DNA from: an uncultured Acidobacteriota bacterium
GTDB taxonomy: Bacteria; Acidobacteriota; UBA6911; RPQK01; JAPXNP01
DNA: 64,000 bases
Assembly (NCBI GenBank): GCA_963777605.1
Contig: CAVZRV010000030.1
Location: 128,001-192,000, forward strand
Reading direction: 5' to 3'
Numbering within the stretch: position 1 is the stretch's first letter; each line of letters begins with the position of its first letter. Both the position numbers and the translations under genes were made by a program. Positions 38,971-48,889 of the stretch are shown here, in pieces. Below the pieces are notes generated by a model. It was not told where the DNA came from. It searched no databases and saw only the letters and a program-made list of their open reading frames with translations.

Positions 38971-41900
38971 CTATCGCAGATGGCCCTCCTGGAGGGGCTT
39001 GCGGATCATGCCCAGGCCCTTCTGACCGTCGAGGGCAACCAACAGCGGCTCTTTGAAATGCAGGTGTCTGAGGTGCCGGGTTTCAGAACAGGCGGGCTGC
39101 TCGTCGAGCCACTTCCAATCGAGAAAATGCTCCGCCTCGGGCCGGGACTTGTCGGCTCCCGGAGGAAGCGTCAGGTAGCCGATCCCCTGGGCGGTGACGT
39201 TGTGAAAGAAATGCGTTCCCTGGGAGGGGTCCACGTTGTATCCCTCGGGGGATGCTTCAACAATGACGCGTGCTGCGGAGATCTGTCCCCATTGGACTGG
39301 AATCCCCAACCACTCGTCCCCGGTTCCCCATCGCCCCGGGCCGATCAGGATGTAACCGCGCCGGTCGTGCTCCAATGCCATGTTGATTCGCCCGACTTCC
39401 TGGGCAATCTCCCGGTTCTGAGCCGCAGTCCAAGCGTCCCGCTTCACGTAAACCAGATCGCGGATCTCGCGGATCAGCCCGTGCCCGAGACTCCCCCGTG
39501 ACGAACAGATCAGATCGGGTCTTTCAAAGGGGATCGTGGCAGCCTCCGCGAGCGCCCGCTGCGTCATCAGGGGGCGCACCTGGAGCAGGTAGAGGATCGG
39601 CCAGATTCGTTCCCGTCCAATGGTCCTGCGCTTTCCCCAGTCGCCCATGTCGCAGGCAAATTCGATCTCGACGCCGCAGGCGAGGCCGCGCTCTGTGATT
39701 TGAAGGATCTTGGTGATCGTCTCGGGGAGAGGAATCACCCGATGTTTAAGGATGTTGTTGAACGTGATCACCCTGGGACCGGCCAGGTTCAAGTCATCCC
39801 GGATCTGGCGGTCAGCCTGGCTGAAGACGCTCGCGGCCAGTTTCAGGGTGCCGTCTTCTTCCGCTGCCTCGAGTCCGTAATAGCGCAGAGTTTCGTAGAG
39901 TTGCAGGTCGGATGAATTGAACTCTCGCTGCATGTCGAGCGCCCAGAAACCACGCTGGGAGTTGTCCAACAGCAGTTCCGGGTCGAAGAACTGGGGCATG
40001 ACCGCGGGGTGCCGGGGACTGAAGCGGAGAGCCCTGCCGCCGTCTACAATCTGGCGTCCGAGGCCCAACGCCATGTGGGCCAGACCGTCTTTGGGTCGCT
40101 GGGGACCGATCGGATAGTAGTTGTGGGACTGGGCGACGCCGGAGAAGTGAGGGTAGAATCGTTCTCCGAAAGGCTGACCGATGACCCTCTGAATGATCAC
40201 AGCCATTTGCTCCTCCTCGATACGGCTCCCCGTCGCCCCAAGGTACGACTTGGCATTGGAGAAGAAAGTCGAGGCGTAGACCAGTTTAACTGCCTCGCAC
40301 AGGTCGCGGAGACGGCTGTCGGGATCCGGATCCCGGTTCGGAATCATCAGGGTGGAGTAGATGCCGGCAAATGGCTGGTGGAGAGAATCCTCCAGCAGAC
40401 TGGACGACCGGATTGCCAGCGGGCCTTCGATCTTGTCGACGATAAGGTTTAGCTGCTCGATGAGGCCGGAGGGAAGGCGCCCTCGGATGAACCGGGCGCT
40501 AATCTCCTGGTCGTCCTGGGCTTCGTAAGCAAAGTCACGGAGGTCGTTCTCATCGAGGAAGGTATCAAACAGATCGGTCGTCACGACGACTGTCTGGGGA
40601 ACCCGCACCGGCAGTCCTGCGAATTCTCTGGGGTCAATGTCGGCCAGGGTCTGATACAGGAAGGCGATTCCCCGCGCTTTTCCGCCCAGGTATCCCGTTC
40701 CAATCCGGCTGAATTGGTCCTCGGCGAAGTAGTCGGAAGAGAAGTCGGAGACCAGCCCTCGATGAAGTCTCTCCCGGTTTTCCTTGAGTGTGTGGATGAG
40801 ATGCTGCCGCATAGCGCCGATCGAGGGGAAGTCGGAGATCTTCTTGGGACGGAGTTCTTCGGCCAGTTCGAATTCGCTGCGGGCCATCAACCAGATCGAA
40901 ATGTGATTGTATCCCGCGTGGTAGCGGAGGAGTTCTTCCGGGATCGCCGCCAGCTTGGCCTCCAGTTCGCGGAGGTCGCGGGCGCGGTCGAATTCTTTGT
41001 TGTCGGGAGTGCGAAAGATGAAATCTCCGAAACCGAGTCTGAGGGTCAGGAAATCGCGGACTGCCGCGAGCAGGCTGGTGGAGTTCTTGTCCAGGAATTG
41101 GGCCCCGATCGCCTCCGCCCGATCTCGATTCTGGGTTTCGGCGGACTGAAGCAGAATGGGGCACTCGGGATCGTGCTGAAGGGCATATTGCGCGAAGTCG
41201 AGTCCTGCCTCGGGATCGAGCGCACCGCGACGCGGGATTCGCACGTCGGAAATGACCGCCATAACGTTCTTGGAGTACTTCTTGAAGAGCTGAACGCCCT
41301 CCTCGAAAGAACGCGCGTGGAGTACTTTGGGACGGGACTGCATGAACATCTTCCGGTAGAGGTCGCTGACCCCTTCGGAGTAGAGCGCCAGTGACTGGCG
41401 CATGAGCTCCTTGTAGAGCTCGCCCAGGAAGGCGGAGTAGTACTGGGGAGAGTCCTCGATCATGATGATCACCCGGACATTTCCGTGACGCACGTCGTGA
41501 TCGACGTTGCGGCGGTCCTCGACGCTCTTGATCACCGCCAGGAGGATCAGAACATCACCCGTCCAGAGGAAGAATCCGTCCTGGGCTTCCGGGTCGATCG
41601 ATTCCTGGAACTGGATCGCCTCGTTGCGATCGAGTGCAAAGACGATCACCGGCATGCCCGGGACCATTTCCTTGACTTTCCGGCCGAAAGCGTTAACGTC
41701 CATGTCCACCAGGCTGGTCATGGTGAGGATCAGGTCGAAGCGGCGGCTCTGCAGGAACCGGAAGGCCTCTTCCCCGTTTGAAGCATGGATGAAGCGAGGC
41801 GCCGAGGAAAGACTGACCTCCCGATATTCGACGAAGAGGCGTTCCGTTAGGTGCCCGTCTTCCTGGAGGATGAACGCGTCATAGGGGGACGAAACCAGCA

Positions 41901-41973
41901 GGACTTCCCGCACCCGGTAAGGGAGCAGGTCATGGAAACGCCGGACGCTCGAAGTTTGCAGGTACCTGGTCAT
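38971..41973 (-). CDS. Two receiver-like domains fused to a PEP synthetase/PPDK nucleotide-binding domain
   Basis: IIMIEDS...VISDV receiver; LGGKARG, AIRSSSLLEDS, FAGIY, EQMAVIIQ, EIEFA, LLQVRP; no phospho-His swivel or pyruvate-binding barrel recognised. Confidence 0.85.
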   Translation of the reverse strand: MTRYLQTSSVRRFHDLLPYRVREVLLVSSPYDAFILQEDGHLTERLFVEYREVSLSSAPRFIHASNGEEAFRFLQSRRFDLILTMTSLVDMDVNAFGRKVKEMVPGMPVIVFALDRNEAIQFQESIDPEAQDGFFLWTGDVLILLAVIKSVEDRRNVDHDVRHGNVRVIIMIEDSPQYYSAFLGELYKELMRQSLALYSEGVSDLYRKMFMQSRPKVLHARSFEEGVQLFKKYSKNVMAVISDVRIPRRGALDPEAGLDFAQYALQHDPECPILLQSAETQNRDRAEAIGAQFLDKNSTSLLAAVRDFLTLRLGFGDFIFRTPDNKEFDRARDLRELEAKLAAIPEELLRYHAGYNHISIWLMARSEFELAEELRPKKISDFPSIGAMRQHLIHTLKENRERLHRGLVSDFSSDYFAEDQFSRIGTGYLGGKARGIAFLYQTLADIDPREFAGLPVRVPQTVVVTTDLFDTFLDENDLRDFAYEAQDDQEISARFIRGRLPSGLIEQLNLIVDKIEGPLAIRSSSLLEDSLHQPFAGIYSTLMIPNRDPDPDSRLRDLCEAVKLVYASTFFSNAKSYLGATGSRIEEEQMAVIIQRVIGQPFGERFYPHFSGVAQSHNYYPIGPQRPKDGLAHMALGLGRQIVDGGRALRFSPRHPAVMPQFFDPELLLDNSQRGFWALDMQREFNSSDLQLYETLRYYGLEAAEEDGTLKLAASVFSQADRQIRDDLNLAGPRVITFNNILKHRVIPLPETITKILQITERGLACGVEIEFACDMGDWGKRRTIGRERIWPILYLLQVRPLMTQRALAEAATIPFERPDLICSSRGSLGHGLIREIRDLVYVKRDAWTAAQNREIAQEVGRINMALEHDRRGYILIGPGRWGTGDEWLGIPVQWGQISAARVIVEASPEGYNVDPSQGTHFFHNVTAQGIGYLTLPPGADKSRPEAEHFLDWKWLDEQPACSETRHLRHLHFKEPLLVALDGQKGLGMIRKPLQEGHLR

Positions 41974-41986
41974 AGCCCGTCACATC

Positions 41987-43327
41987 TCACACCAGTCCCT
42001 GGTCGAGCATCGAATCGGCAACCTTTACAAAACCGCCTACGTTGGCGCCGTCCACATAGTTGATGAAGTCGCCGTCCCGGCCGCACTTGACACAAGTGGC
42101 GTGAATCTCCTTGATGATCAAGCGAAGGCGATCGTCGACTTCCTGCTTGGTCCAGGAGAAGCGCATCGAATTCTGGGTCATCTCCAGTCCCGAGACTGCC
42201 ACGCCCCCGGCGTTGGCCGCCTTTCCGGGTCCAAACAGGATCCCGGCATTGAGCAGCCTCTCGATGGCGGGCGGATCGCAGGGCATGTTGGCACCCTCTG
42301 CCACGCAGGTACAGCCGTTGTCGAGCAGCATCTGGGCGTCTTCTTCGTTGAGTTCGTTCTCGGTGGCACACGGAAGGGCGACATCACAGCGGACCGACCA
42401 TGGCCCCTGGCCCTCCAGGAATCGAGCGCTGGGGTAGATTTGCGGGTATTCACGTACCCGACCCCGTCGATGGTTCTTGAGGTCCATAACGTACTCGAGT
42501 TTCTCCGAGTCGATGCCTGTTTCATCGACAATAGTTCCACCCGAGTCCGAGAGCGTGACTACGACAGCGCCGAGTTCGAGCGCTTTGATGGCGGCAAACT
42601 GGGCCACATTTCCTGAACCAGAGATGGCAACGCGCTTCCCCTGGAGCGATTCTCCTCGGGTTCCCAGCATCTCCGAGGCGAAGTAGACCAGTCCATAACC
42701 GGTTGCCTCAGGTCTCATCAGGGAGCCGCCCCAATTTGCACCTTTCCCGGTCAGGACCCCCGTAAACCGGTTGGAGAGTTTCTTGTGCATTCCGAAAAGG
42801 AATCCGATTTCGCGGCCGCCGACGCCGACGTCGGCTCCCGGAACGCTGGTCTCCGGTCCCACGTGGCGATAGAGTTCCTGCATGTAGGCCTGGCAAAACC
42901 GCATAACTTCCGCATCGCTCTTGCCTTTTGGATCGAAGTCGGATCCCCCCTGTCCACCGCCCATCGGAAGGCTGGTCAGGCTGTTCTTGAACACCTGTTC
43001 AAAAGCAAGGAACTTCAGGATGCTCAGGTTTACGCTGGGGTGGAACCGCAAGCCACCCTTGTAAGGTCCCAGGGCGCTGTTCATGTCGACCTGAAAGCCA
43101 CGATTGACCCGGACTTCACCTTCATCATCCATCCAGGGCACTCGAAACATGAGCATCCGCTCCGGCTCGATGATCCGTTCCAGGATTTTTCCCGAGCGAT
43201 AGCGCGGGTTGGTTTCAATGACGGGGTAAACCGACTCGATCACCTCCTGGACTGCCTGATGGAATTCCTTCTCTCCCGGATTCTTCGTTCTCACCAAGGT
43301 CATGAATTCGCGTACGGGGCCGTTCAT
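41987..43327 (-). CDS. gdhA: NADP-type glutamate dehydrogenase homologue with catalytic Lys replaced by Gln
   Basis: GPYKGGLRFHP, EQVFKN, RPEATGYG, GSGNVA, EGANMP, NAGGVAVS; GGGQGG instead of GGGKGG. Confidence 0.88.
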   Translation of the reverse strand: MNGPVREFMTLVRTKNPGEKEFHQAVQEVIESVYPVIETNPRYRSGKILERIIEPERMLMFRVPWMDDEGEVRVNRGFQVDMNSALGPYKGGLRFHPSVNLSILKFLAFEQVFKNSLTSLPMGGGQGGSDFDPKGKSDAEVMRFCQAYMQELYRHVGPETSVPGADVGVGGREIGFLFGMHKKLSNRFTGVLTGKGANWGGSLMRPEATGYGLVYFASEMLGTRGESLQGKRVAISGSGNVAQFAAIKALELGAVVVTLSDSGGTIVDETGIDSEKLEYVMDLKNHRRGRVREYPQIYPSARFLEGQGPWSVRCDVALPCATENELNEEDAQMLLDNGCTCVAEGANMPCDPPAIERLLNAGILFGPGKAANAGGVAVSGLEMTQNSMRFSWTKQEVDDRLRLIIKEIHATCVKCGRDGDFINYVDGANVGGFVKVADSMLDQGLV

Positions 43328-43365
43328 CTAATCCTCCTCATTTCCAACAGAATGCCACATCCGGC

Positions 43366-43638
43366 TCAGGCGTCACGTCGGTGCCGCGTCAAGAGATCCA
43401 GGAGAAACTCCTCAAAGAGTTCAGGCTGTCGAGAAAAGTCTGCGACCTTCCCGGAGTCCAGGTCAAATTCAATTGGGGATACCCGGCGATGCCCGATCGA
43501 CAGCCGGAAACCATCGTCGCTGCTTTGGACTTCCACTTTTGCGTCCGAGCCCAGGTGAAAGAAGACAAATGCATCGAGTTCCGAAGCGAGTTCTCCGGGG
43601 AGTCGGCCGTAGCACGGATTCAATCCTTCTGGAATCAC
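43366..43638 (-). CDS. Small hypothetical protein
   Basis: 90-aa ORF co-oriented between the CMD gene and gdhA; no motif recognised. Confidence 0.45.
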   Translation of the reverse strand: MIPEGLNPCYGRLPGELASELDAFVFFHLGSDAKVEVQSSDDGFRLSIGHRRVSPIEFDLDSGKVADFSRQPELFEEFLLDLLTRHRRDA

Positions 43639-43790
43639 TTTGAACCTTTCGGAATGAATTGCATCTGAACTGGAGACCCCAGAGGTCTTTACTCGAGTCC
43701 TGCTGGCCTCTCCTCCTCCCCCTGTGGCAGCAGGGCTCGAGTTGAAAGTCAGGTTATAGGTGAGAGACCGGGAGGAAGCCTTATACCGGA

Positions 43791-44126
43791 CTAGTCGAAC
43801 AGCTTCAATTGCATGGCCTCAGCGATGATATCGGTTTGATCGACTACGGATGCCGCGGAGACTCCCATGGCGATGCTGATAGTCTCGCTGATCTCTTCTT
43901 TGGTTGCTCCGTACTGGAGTGCTTTCTCAATGTGACCCTGCAGACAGCCCTGACACTTGAATCCCAGTGAAGCCGCAATGGCAATCAATTCCTTCTCCTT
44001 CCTCGGGATCTGGGAAGTCTTATAGGTCTCCTTGTAGAAATGGAAGTAGATCCGTTTCATTCGGCCCTCGACCATTGTGTAAGAAGGCCACTTGGCCGGC
44101 TTCTCTGCTGATGTCTTTTCTGGCAT
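43791..44126 (-). CDS. Carboxymuconolactone decarboxylase/AhpD family protein
   Basis: KEKELIAIA, CQGCLQGH, GATKEEI. Confidence 0.85.
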   Translation of the reverse strand: MPEKTSAEKPAKWPSYTMVEGRMKRIYFHFYKETYKTSQIPRKEKELIAIAASLGFKCQGCLQGHIEKALQYGATKEEISETISIAMGVSAASVVDQTDIIAEAMQLKLFD

Positions 44127-44219
44127 CGGCGATAACTCCTGGGATTGCTGAGGAAAGCCCACATTATAGCAACAATCTTCTGAAAGGCCGGAATGCCCCC
44201 GTGAAGCAACTCGAGCTTC

Positions 44220-46481
44220 ATGGGGAGTGGATCCCCTGCTATCTTTATCGTCATGTTTGAAAGGGGGCGGACAATTTCGAGACAGGCGGCCAGGATCATC
44301 AGTCTGCGGCCGGCCCTGGTTTGCCTCTTTCTTCTCGTCCTGAGCTTCAACTCACGGGCCCAGGAACGACCTCGGGTCGAGGTCCCCTATGGCAATTTGA
44401 ATTTCGTTCTGGAAGCGGATCGGATCGAGCGCCTCGAGAACGGTGAGATTCTCGCCGAGGGCGACGTGCATGCGACCTACTCCGATGCAACCCTGAACGC
44501 GGAACGGGTGACCTACGACCCGACCAGGGACCTCGTGGTCATCGAGGGAGAGTTCGAGATCAAGCGGGCCCAGGGCTGGCTGCAGGGCTCCCGGGCCGAG
44601 TTGAACGTGAAGGAGGATACCGGGGTAATCTATGACCCCTACGGCTTCACCGATGAAGAGGTTTTCGTAAGGGCGAAGAAACTGACCAAAGTGGGGCCGA
44701 CCACCTACATTGCCGAAGAGGGTTACCTGACCGCCTGTGAGGAGGCGGTTCCCAAGTGGAGCTTCAAGATCAAGAAAGCGGTCATCAATACCGACAGCAC
44801 CGCCCGCCTACGGAGTGCGTGGTTCCGGATCAAAAAGGCCCCGGTCTTCTACTTTCCCTACCTGATTCTGCCGACCGCGAAAAAGGAGCGCTCGAGTGGT
44901 TTCATGCTCCCATCGACCGGGACCTCCAACAACAAGGGCCGCCGGCTGACCAACCGGTTCTACCTGGTCATGGGGCGCAGCGCGGATCTTATGCTGGTGC
45001 ACGATTACTATTCCGAACGCGGCCAGGGGGCCGGCTTCAACCTGCGTACCCGTCCCGACGAAGTTTCCCGACTCGACTTGTCGGGGCGTTTTGTCAACGA
45101 CCGCCTTGGGCAGGGCGGAAGTGCACTTGAAGGGACCGGGTACACAACGCTTGGGAGCGGTTTTCGGGCAGTGGCCGATTTCACCCTGGTCTCCAGCTTC
45201 CAGTTTCGCCAGGTCTTTTCCGACAACTTCTTCACGGCAACGCGTCCGAGCGAGGAATCGCGACTTTTTCTGACCAACAACTCCAGTTTGAGATCATTGA
45301 ATCTGCTGGTTTCGCGGGAACAGACGATTTCACCGGGTCGAAACATCGTCACGCAGGCAACCCCCGAGGTTGAGCTCCAGCTCCTGGGCCAGAAGCTCGG
45401 CAACCTGCCACTTCACATCGATCTCGAGAGTTCAGTCGGGGGGATGAGTCGTACCGATTCGCTGATTGAGACTCCCCGAATCAGTCAGCGGTTGGACCTT
45501 TTCCCACGAGTCTATTTCTCGATGCCCCTGTTTCAGGGGCTCCGGTTGACACCGCGGCTGGGCGTCAGGGAGACGTTTTACAGCGACTCAATCAACGCTA
45601 ACGAAGACGGGGAGCGGGTTGTGACCGGGGCCAGCGTTCACCGGCAGTACGTGGATTTTACGGCTGATCTGAAAGGTTGGGGCGTTTCCAGAGTCTTTGG
45701 GGATCCCGGCGGAAACCAGTGGAAACACCTGGTGGAACCGGAGGTTCGCTATCGGCTCCTCTCGGGAGTCAACGAATTCGACCGGATCATCCGCTTCGAT
45801 GCGGTGGATGCCATCGCCGACACCAACGAGGTCGAGTACTCGATCGTCAACCGCTTCTTCGTGAAGCGGTCCAGCAATAGCCAGATCCATGAGTGGCTGT
45901 CAGTCAAGATCGCCCAGAAGCACTTTTTCGATCCCACGTTCGGTGGTGCTCTTCAGGAAGGGCGGATCAACCAGTTCTTTCCACTCAACTCACTTTCGGG
46001 ACACCCGTATGCGGTCGGTTTTCGCGACTTTTCTCCCATTACAACGCTCGTTCGATTGACGCCGGATTCCCGGGTAAACTTCGATTTCCGGTCGGACTAC
46101 GATACCCAGAGCGGGGACTTTCGCAGTCTCTCGGCCACTGGCTATTATCGTCGCGACGACCTGACCCTGGCCACCACCTACTTCGTCACCAACGAACTCC
46201 TGACCGGGATTGGCCGAAGCAACCAGCTCCAGGGAAGGGTGGGGGTCGGTCGGCACGACCGGGGCATCTCTGCTTTCGGATACTTCAGTTACGACATCAA
46301 GGACTCGACATTTCTCAACCACCTGGTGCGGCTCAACTATTTCTGGGACTGTTGCGGGGTATCCGTCGAAACCAGCGGATTCAATCTTTCTTCGCGCAAG
46401 GAGCAGGATATTCGGTTCACTTTCTATCTCAAAGGCATCGGAGCTTTCGGCACTATACGGCGGCCCGATATGGTGTTCTGA
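44220..46481 (+). CDS. lptD: LPS-assembly protein LptD (start uncertain)
   Basis: OstA-like N-terminus, TAC..PKW, RSSGFMLP, HLVEP, YFWDCC near the C-terminus. Confidence 0.85.
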   Translation: MGSGSPAIFIVMFERGRTISRQAARIISLRPALVCLFLLVLSFNSRAQERPRVEVPYGNLNFVLEADRIERLENGEILAEGDVHATYSDATLNAERVTYDPTRDLVVIEGEFEIKRAQGWLQGSRAELNVKEDTGVIYDPYGFTDEEVFVRAKKLTKVGPTTYIAEEGYLTACEEAVPKWSFKIKKAVINTDSTARLRSAWFRIKKAPVFYFPYLILPTAKKERSSGFMLPSTGTSNNKGRRLTNRFYLVMGRSADLMLVHDYYSERGQGAGFNLRTRPDEVSRLDLSGRFVNDRLGQGGSALEGTGYTTLGSGFRAVADFTLVSSFQFRQVFSDNFFTATRPSEESRLFLTNNSSLRSLNLLVSREQTISPGRNIVTQATPEVELQLLGQKLGNLPLHIDLESSVGGMSRTDSLIETPRISQRLDLFPRVYFSMPLFQGLRLTPRLGVRETFYSDSINANEDGERVVTGASVHRQYVDFTADLKGWGVSRVFGDPGGNQWKHLVEPEVRYRLLSGVNEFDRIIRFDAVDAIADTNEVEYSIVNRFFVKRSSNSQIHEWLSVKIAQKHFFDPTFGGALQEGRINQFFPLNSLSGHPYAVGFRDFSPITTLVRLTPDSRVNFDFRSDYDTQSGDFRSLSATGYYRRDDLTLATTYFVTNELLTGIGRSNQLQGRVGVGRHDRGISAFGYFSYDIKDSTFLNHLVRLNYFWDCCGVSVETSGFNLSSRKEQDIRFTFYLKGIGAFGTIRRPDMVF

Positions 46482-46482
46482 C

Positions 46483-47034
46483 ATGACTGGTTCGGAAAAG
46501 AAAATCGAAGCACGAGACATTTCGGATGCCATCTTCCTATCGATGGGGTCCAACCTGGGAAACCGGATGACCCACCTGGAGCGTGCGCTGAATGAATTGA
46601 GCCGTCGAGGGTTGGCGATCTCCGCGTGTTCTTCTGTTTACGAAACGGAGCCGGTAGGATTTCGAGACCAGCCCGATTTTCTCAACCTTGCCTGCCAGGG
46701 CCAGACCGACCTCAGTCCGTTCGAATTGCTCGATCTGTGCAAGGGAGTCGAATCAAGCATGGGGCGCAGGCCCGCCCAAGTCGATGGCCCACGGCTGATC
46801 GACATCGACGTCCTTTTCTACGGCCGGACTGTCCTGGAAACCAGCACTCTGGTCATCCCGCACAATTCGTATGTCATGAGAAGGTTCGTTCTCGTCCCCC
46901 TTGCCGAATTGGCGCCCGGGTTAACCGACCCGCGGGATGGCCGGACCATTCTCGAATTGCTGGCCGCTTGTCCCGACCGTTCCTGGGTCCGAAAGTTCGG
47001 TCGAGTTGAGGTGAACACCGGATCGAGCCTATAA
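46483..47034 (+). CDS. folK: HPPK (2-amino-4-hydroxy-6-hydroxymethyldihydropteridine diphosphokinase)
   Basis: MGSNLG, YETEPVG, FLN, GPRLIDIDVL, IPH, RRFVLVPL. Confidence 0.93.
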   Translation: MTGSEKKIEARDISDAIFLSMGSNLGNRMTHLERALNELSRRGLAISACSSVYETEPVGFRDQPDFLNLACQGQTDLSPFELLDLCKGVESSMGRRPAQVDGPRLIDIDVLFYGRTVLETSTLVIPHNSYVMRRFVLVPLAELAPGLTDPRDGRTILELLAACPDRSWVRKFGRVEVNTGSSL

Positions 47035-47047
47035 TCGGGGCGGTCAT

Positions 47048-47785
47048 ATGCCCAAGGATCAGAAAGATAAGGACGAAGCGCAGCCCCAGCAACAGTACAG
47101 CACTCTGCGTGAGTACTTCGTTGCGACTGTTTATTGCACGATCATAGCGCTGTTCGTGACGACCTACGTCGTGCATCCGATGACGGTTCCCACGCCGTCC
47201 ATGGAACCCACGATCCTGGTCGGTGACCGGCTGCTCATCGACAAGTTCACCTACCGCAACGGGTTCATGGAGGATCTGGGGATTTCCCCGGTTCACAAGG
47301 TCGATCGGGGCGACATCGTGGTGTTCAAGTTCCCGGAAGACCCTGAGGTCCTTTACGTGAAGCGCGCCATCGGGTTGCCGGGAGAAGTCCTCGAGATCCG
47401 CGACAAGACGGTCTACATCAATGGGGTTGCCCTGGATGAACCGTACAAGGTCCACCGTGATCCACGCGTCAACGGGCGCAGCGGAAATCCTCATGTTCTC
47501 GCCTTCGACATCCAGCGGGACAACTTTGGGCCGGTGAACATCCCGGAAGGGAACTACTTCATGATGGGTGACAACCGGGACGACAGTGCCGACAGCCGTT
47601 ACTTCGGCTTCCTACCGCGCGACTACATCGTGGGCCGCCCGTTAGTGGTGTTCTGGTCCTATGAAGACGATTCTGACGCTTACCTGAGAACGTCGTTGCC
47701 AGAGATGCTGAAGCTGTACGGAGAGCGGATCCTATTCTTCATCACCAAGACCCGGTGGAGCAGGATGGGGCATTTCGTAAAGTAG
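47048..47785 (+). CDS. lepB: Signal peptidase I
   Basis: PSMEPT, YVKRAIGLPG, MGDNRDDSADSR. Confidence 0.95.
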   Translation: MPKDQKDKDEAQPQQQYSTLREYFVATVYCTIIALFVTTYVVHPMTVPTPSMEPTILVGDRLLIDKFTYRNGFMEDLGISPVHKVDRGDIVVFKFPEDPEVLYVKRAIGLPGEVLEIRDKTVYINGVALDEPYKVHRDPRVNGRSGNPHVLAFDIQRDNFGPVNIPEGNYFMMGDNRDDSADSRYFGFLPRDYIVGRPLVVFWSYEDDSDAYLRTSLPEMLKLYGERILFFITKTRWSRMGHFVK

Positions 47786-47907
47786 CCCCCTTCGGCGAAT
47801 CGGCGCCATCGGGGTCCCTCGGTGTTCCACCTTGTATATTCTTTCCCGCTCGCCGGTGGTTGCGGTGCGGCGAGCCGATTCACAACCAAAGGAAATCTGA
47901 GGCTGCA

Positions 47908-48765
47908 ATGGAGATGGAGGTCGTCCGAATGACTCCGGACCATGTGCCGGGGGCGATGACTCTGAAGGAACTTGCCGGGTGGAATCAGTTGCCTCAGGAC
48001 TGGTCAGGGTACATGGCGCTTGCTCCGACGGGTTGTTTTGCGGGAGTTCTGGATGGCCGGGTGGTGGCAACCGGCACGGCCATCGACTACGGTCGAGAGG
48101 TTGGCTGGATTGGAATGATTTTGGTCCATCCCGAGTTTCGCCGGCGCGGAATGGCGACCCGGATGATGAATCGACTTCTTGACCATCTTTCGGCTCTGGG
48201 TTGCAGGACGCTGAAACTGGATGCCACGGATGCCGGTGCCCAGGTGTACGAGAAACTTGGATTCGTGGTCGAGTACGGAGTGGAGCGGTGGAGCCGTGTC
48301 CCGGGGAAATTGTCGGTCGCTCGCAGTTCTGAGTCGCGTCCGAATCCGGTCGACTCTGCTTCCATGGCGGAACTCGGTCGATGGGACGGGCGCTACTTCG
48401 GAGTCGATCGCAGCGAACTCCTCGAATGGCTTCGCGTTCACGGCGGACCTTCCTGGTTTCTTGGAGATCCTGGGAAACCGGAGGGACTGCTTTTCGGGCG
48501 TCCCGGGTCTTTTGCTCACCAGTTGGGCCCGCTGACTGCCGCCAATTCCGCCGCTGCAGAAGTGCTACTGGCGCTGGCGGTTGAACAGTACCAGCAGAGA
48601 ACCTTGATTGCCGACCTGATTAGCGGCAACAATGAAGCGCGGCGTCTACTCCGGAAGTACGGATTCCTGCCCTCCAGGGTGCTCAAGCGGATGTATCGTG
48701 GACAGAATGACGACCCGGGACGTCCAGACCACCTCTACTGCCTTGCCGGCTTTGAGTTTGGCTGA
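47908..48765 (+). CDS. GNAT family acetyltransferase (two-domain)
   Basis: GWNQ, WIGMILVHPEFRRRGMA, LDAT, YEKLGF. Confidence 0.88.
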   Translation: MEMEVVRMTPDHVPGAMTLKELAGWNQLPQDWSGYMALAPTGCFAGVLDGRVVATGTAIDYGREVGWIGMILVHPEFRRRGMATRMMNRLLDHLSALGCRTLKLDATDAGAQVYEKLGFVVEYGVERWSRVPGKLSVARSSESRPNPVDSASMAELGRWDGRYFGVDRSELLEWLRVHGGPSWFLGDPGKPEGLLFGRPGSFAHQLGPLTAANSAAAEVLLALAVEQYQQRTLIADLISGNNEARRLLRKYGFLPSRVLKRMYRGQNDDPGRPDHLYCLAGFEFG

Positions 48766-48889
48766 GTCGCCGCCTGTTGTGCGGGCATCCCGGAGGGTTC
48801 GCACGGGCAGGGAATGGCGACGGCAGGGCATCGTGCGGAAAGGGCAGTCGAAGTGATCGGATCAAGTCCGGGAGAGGAGCGGTTCGTGT

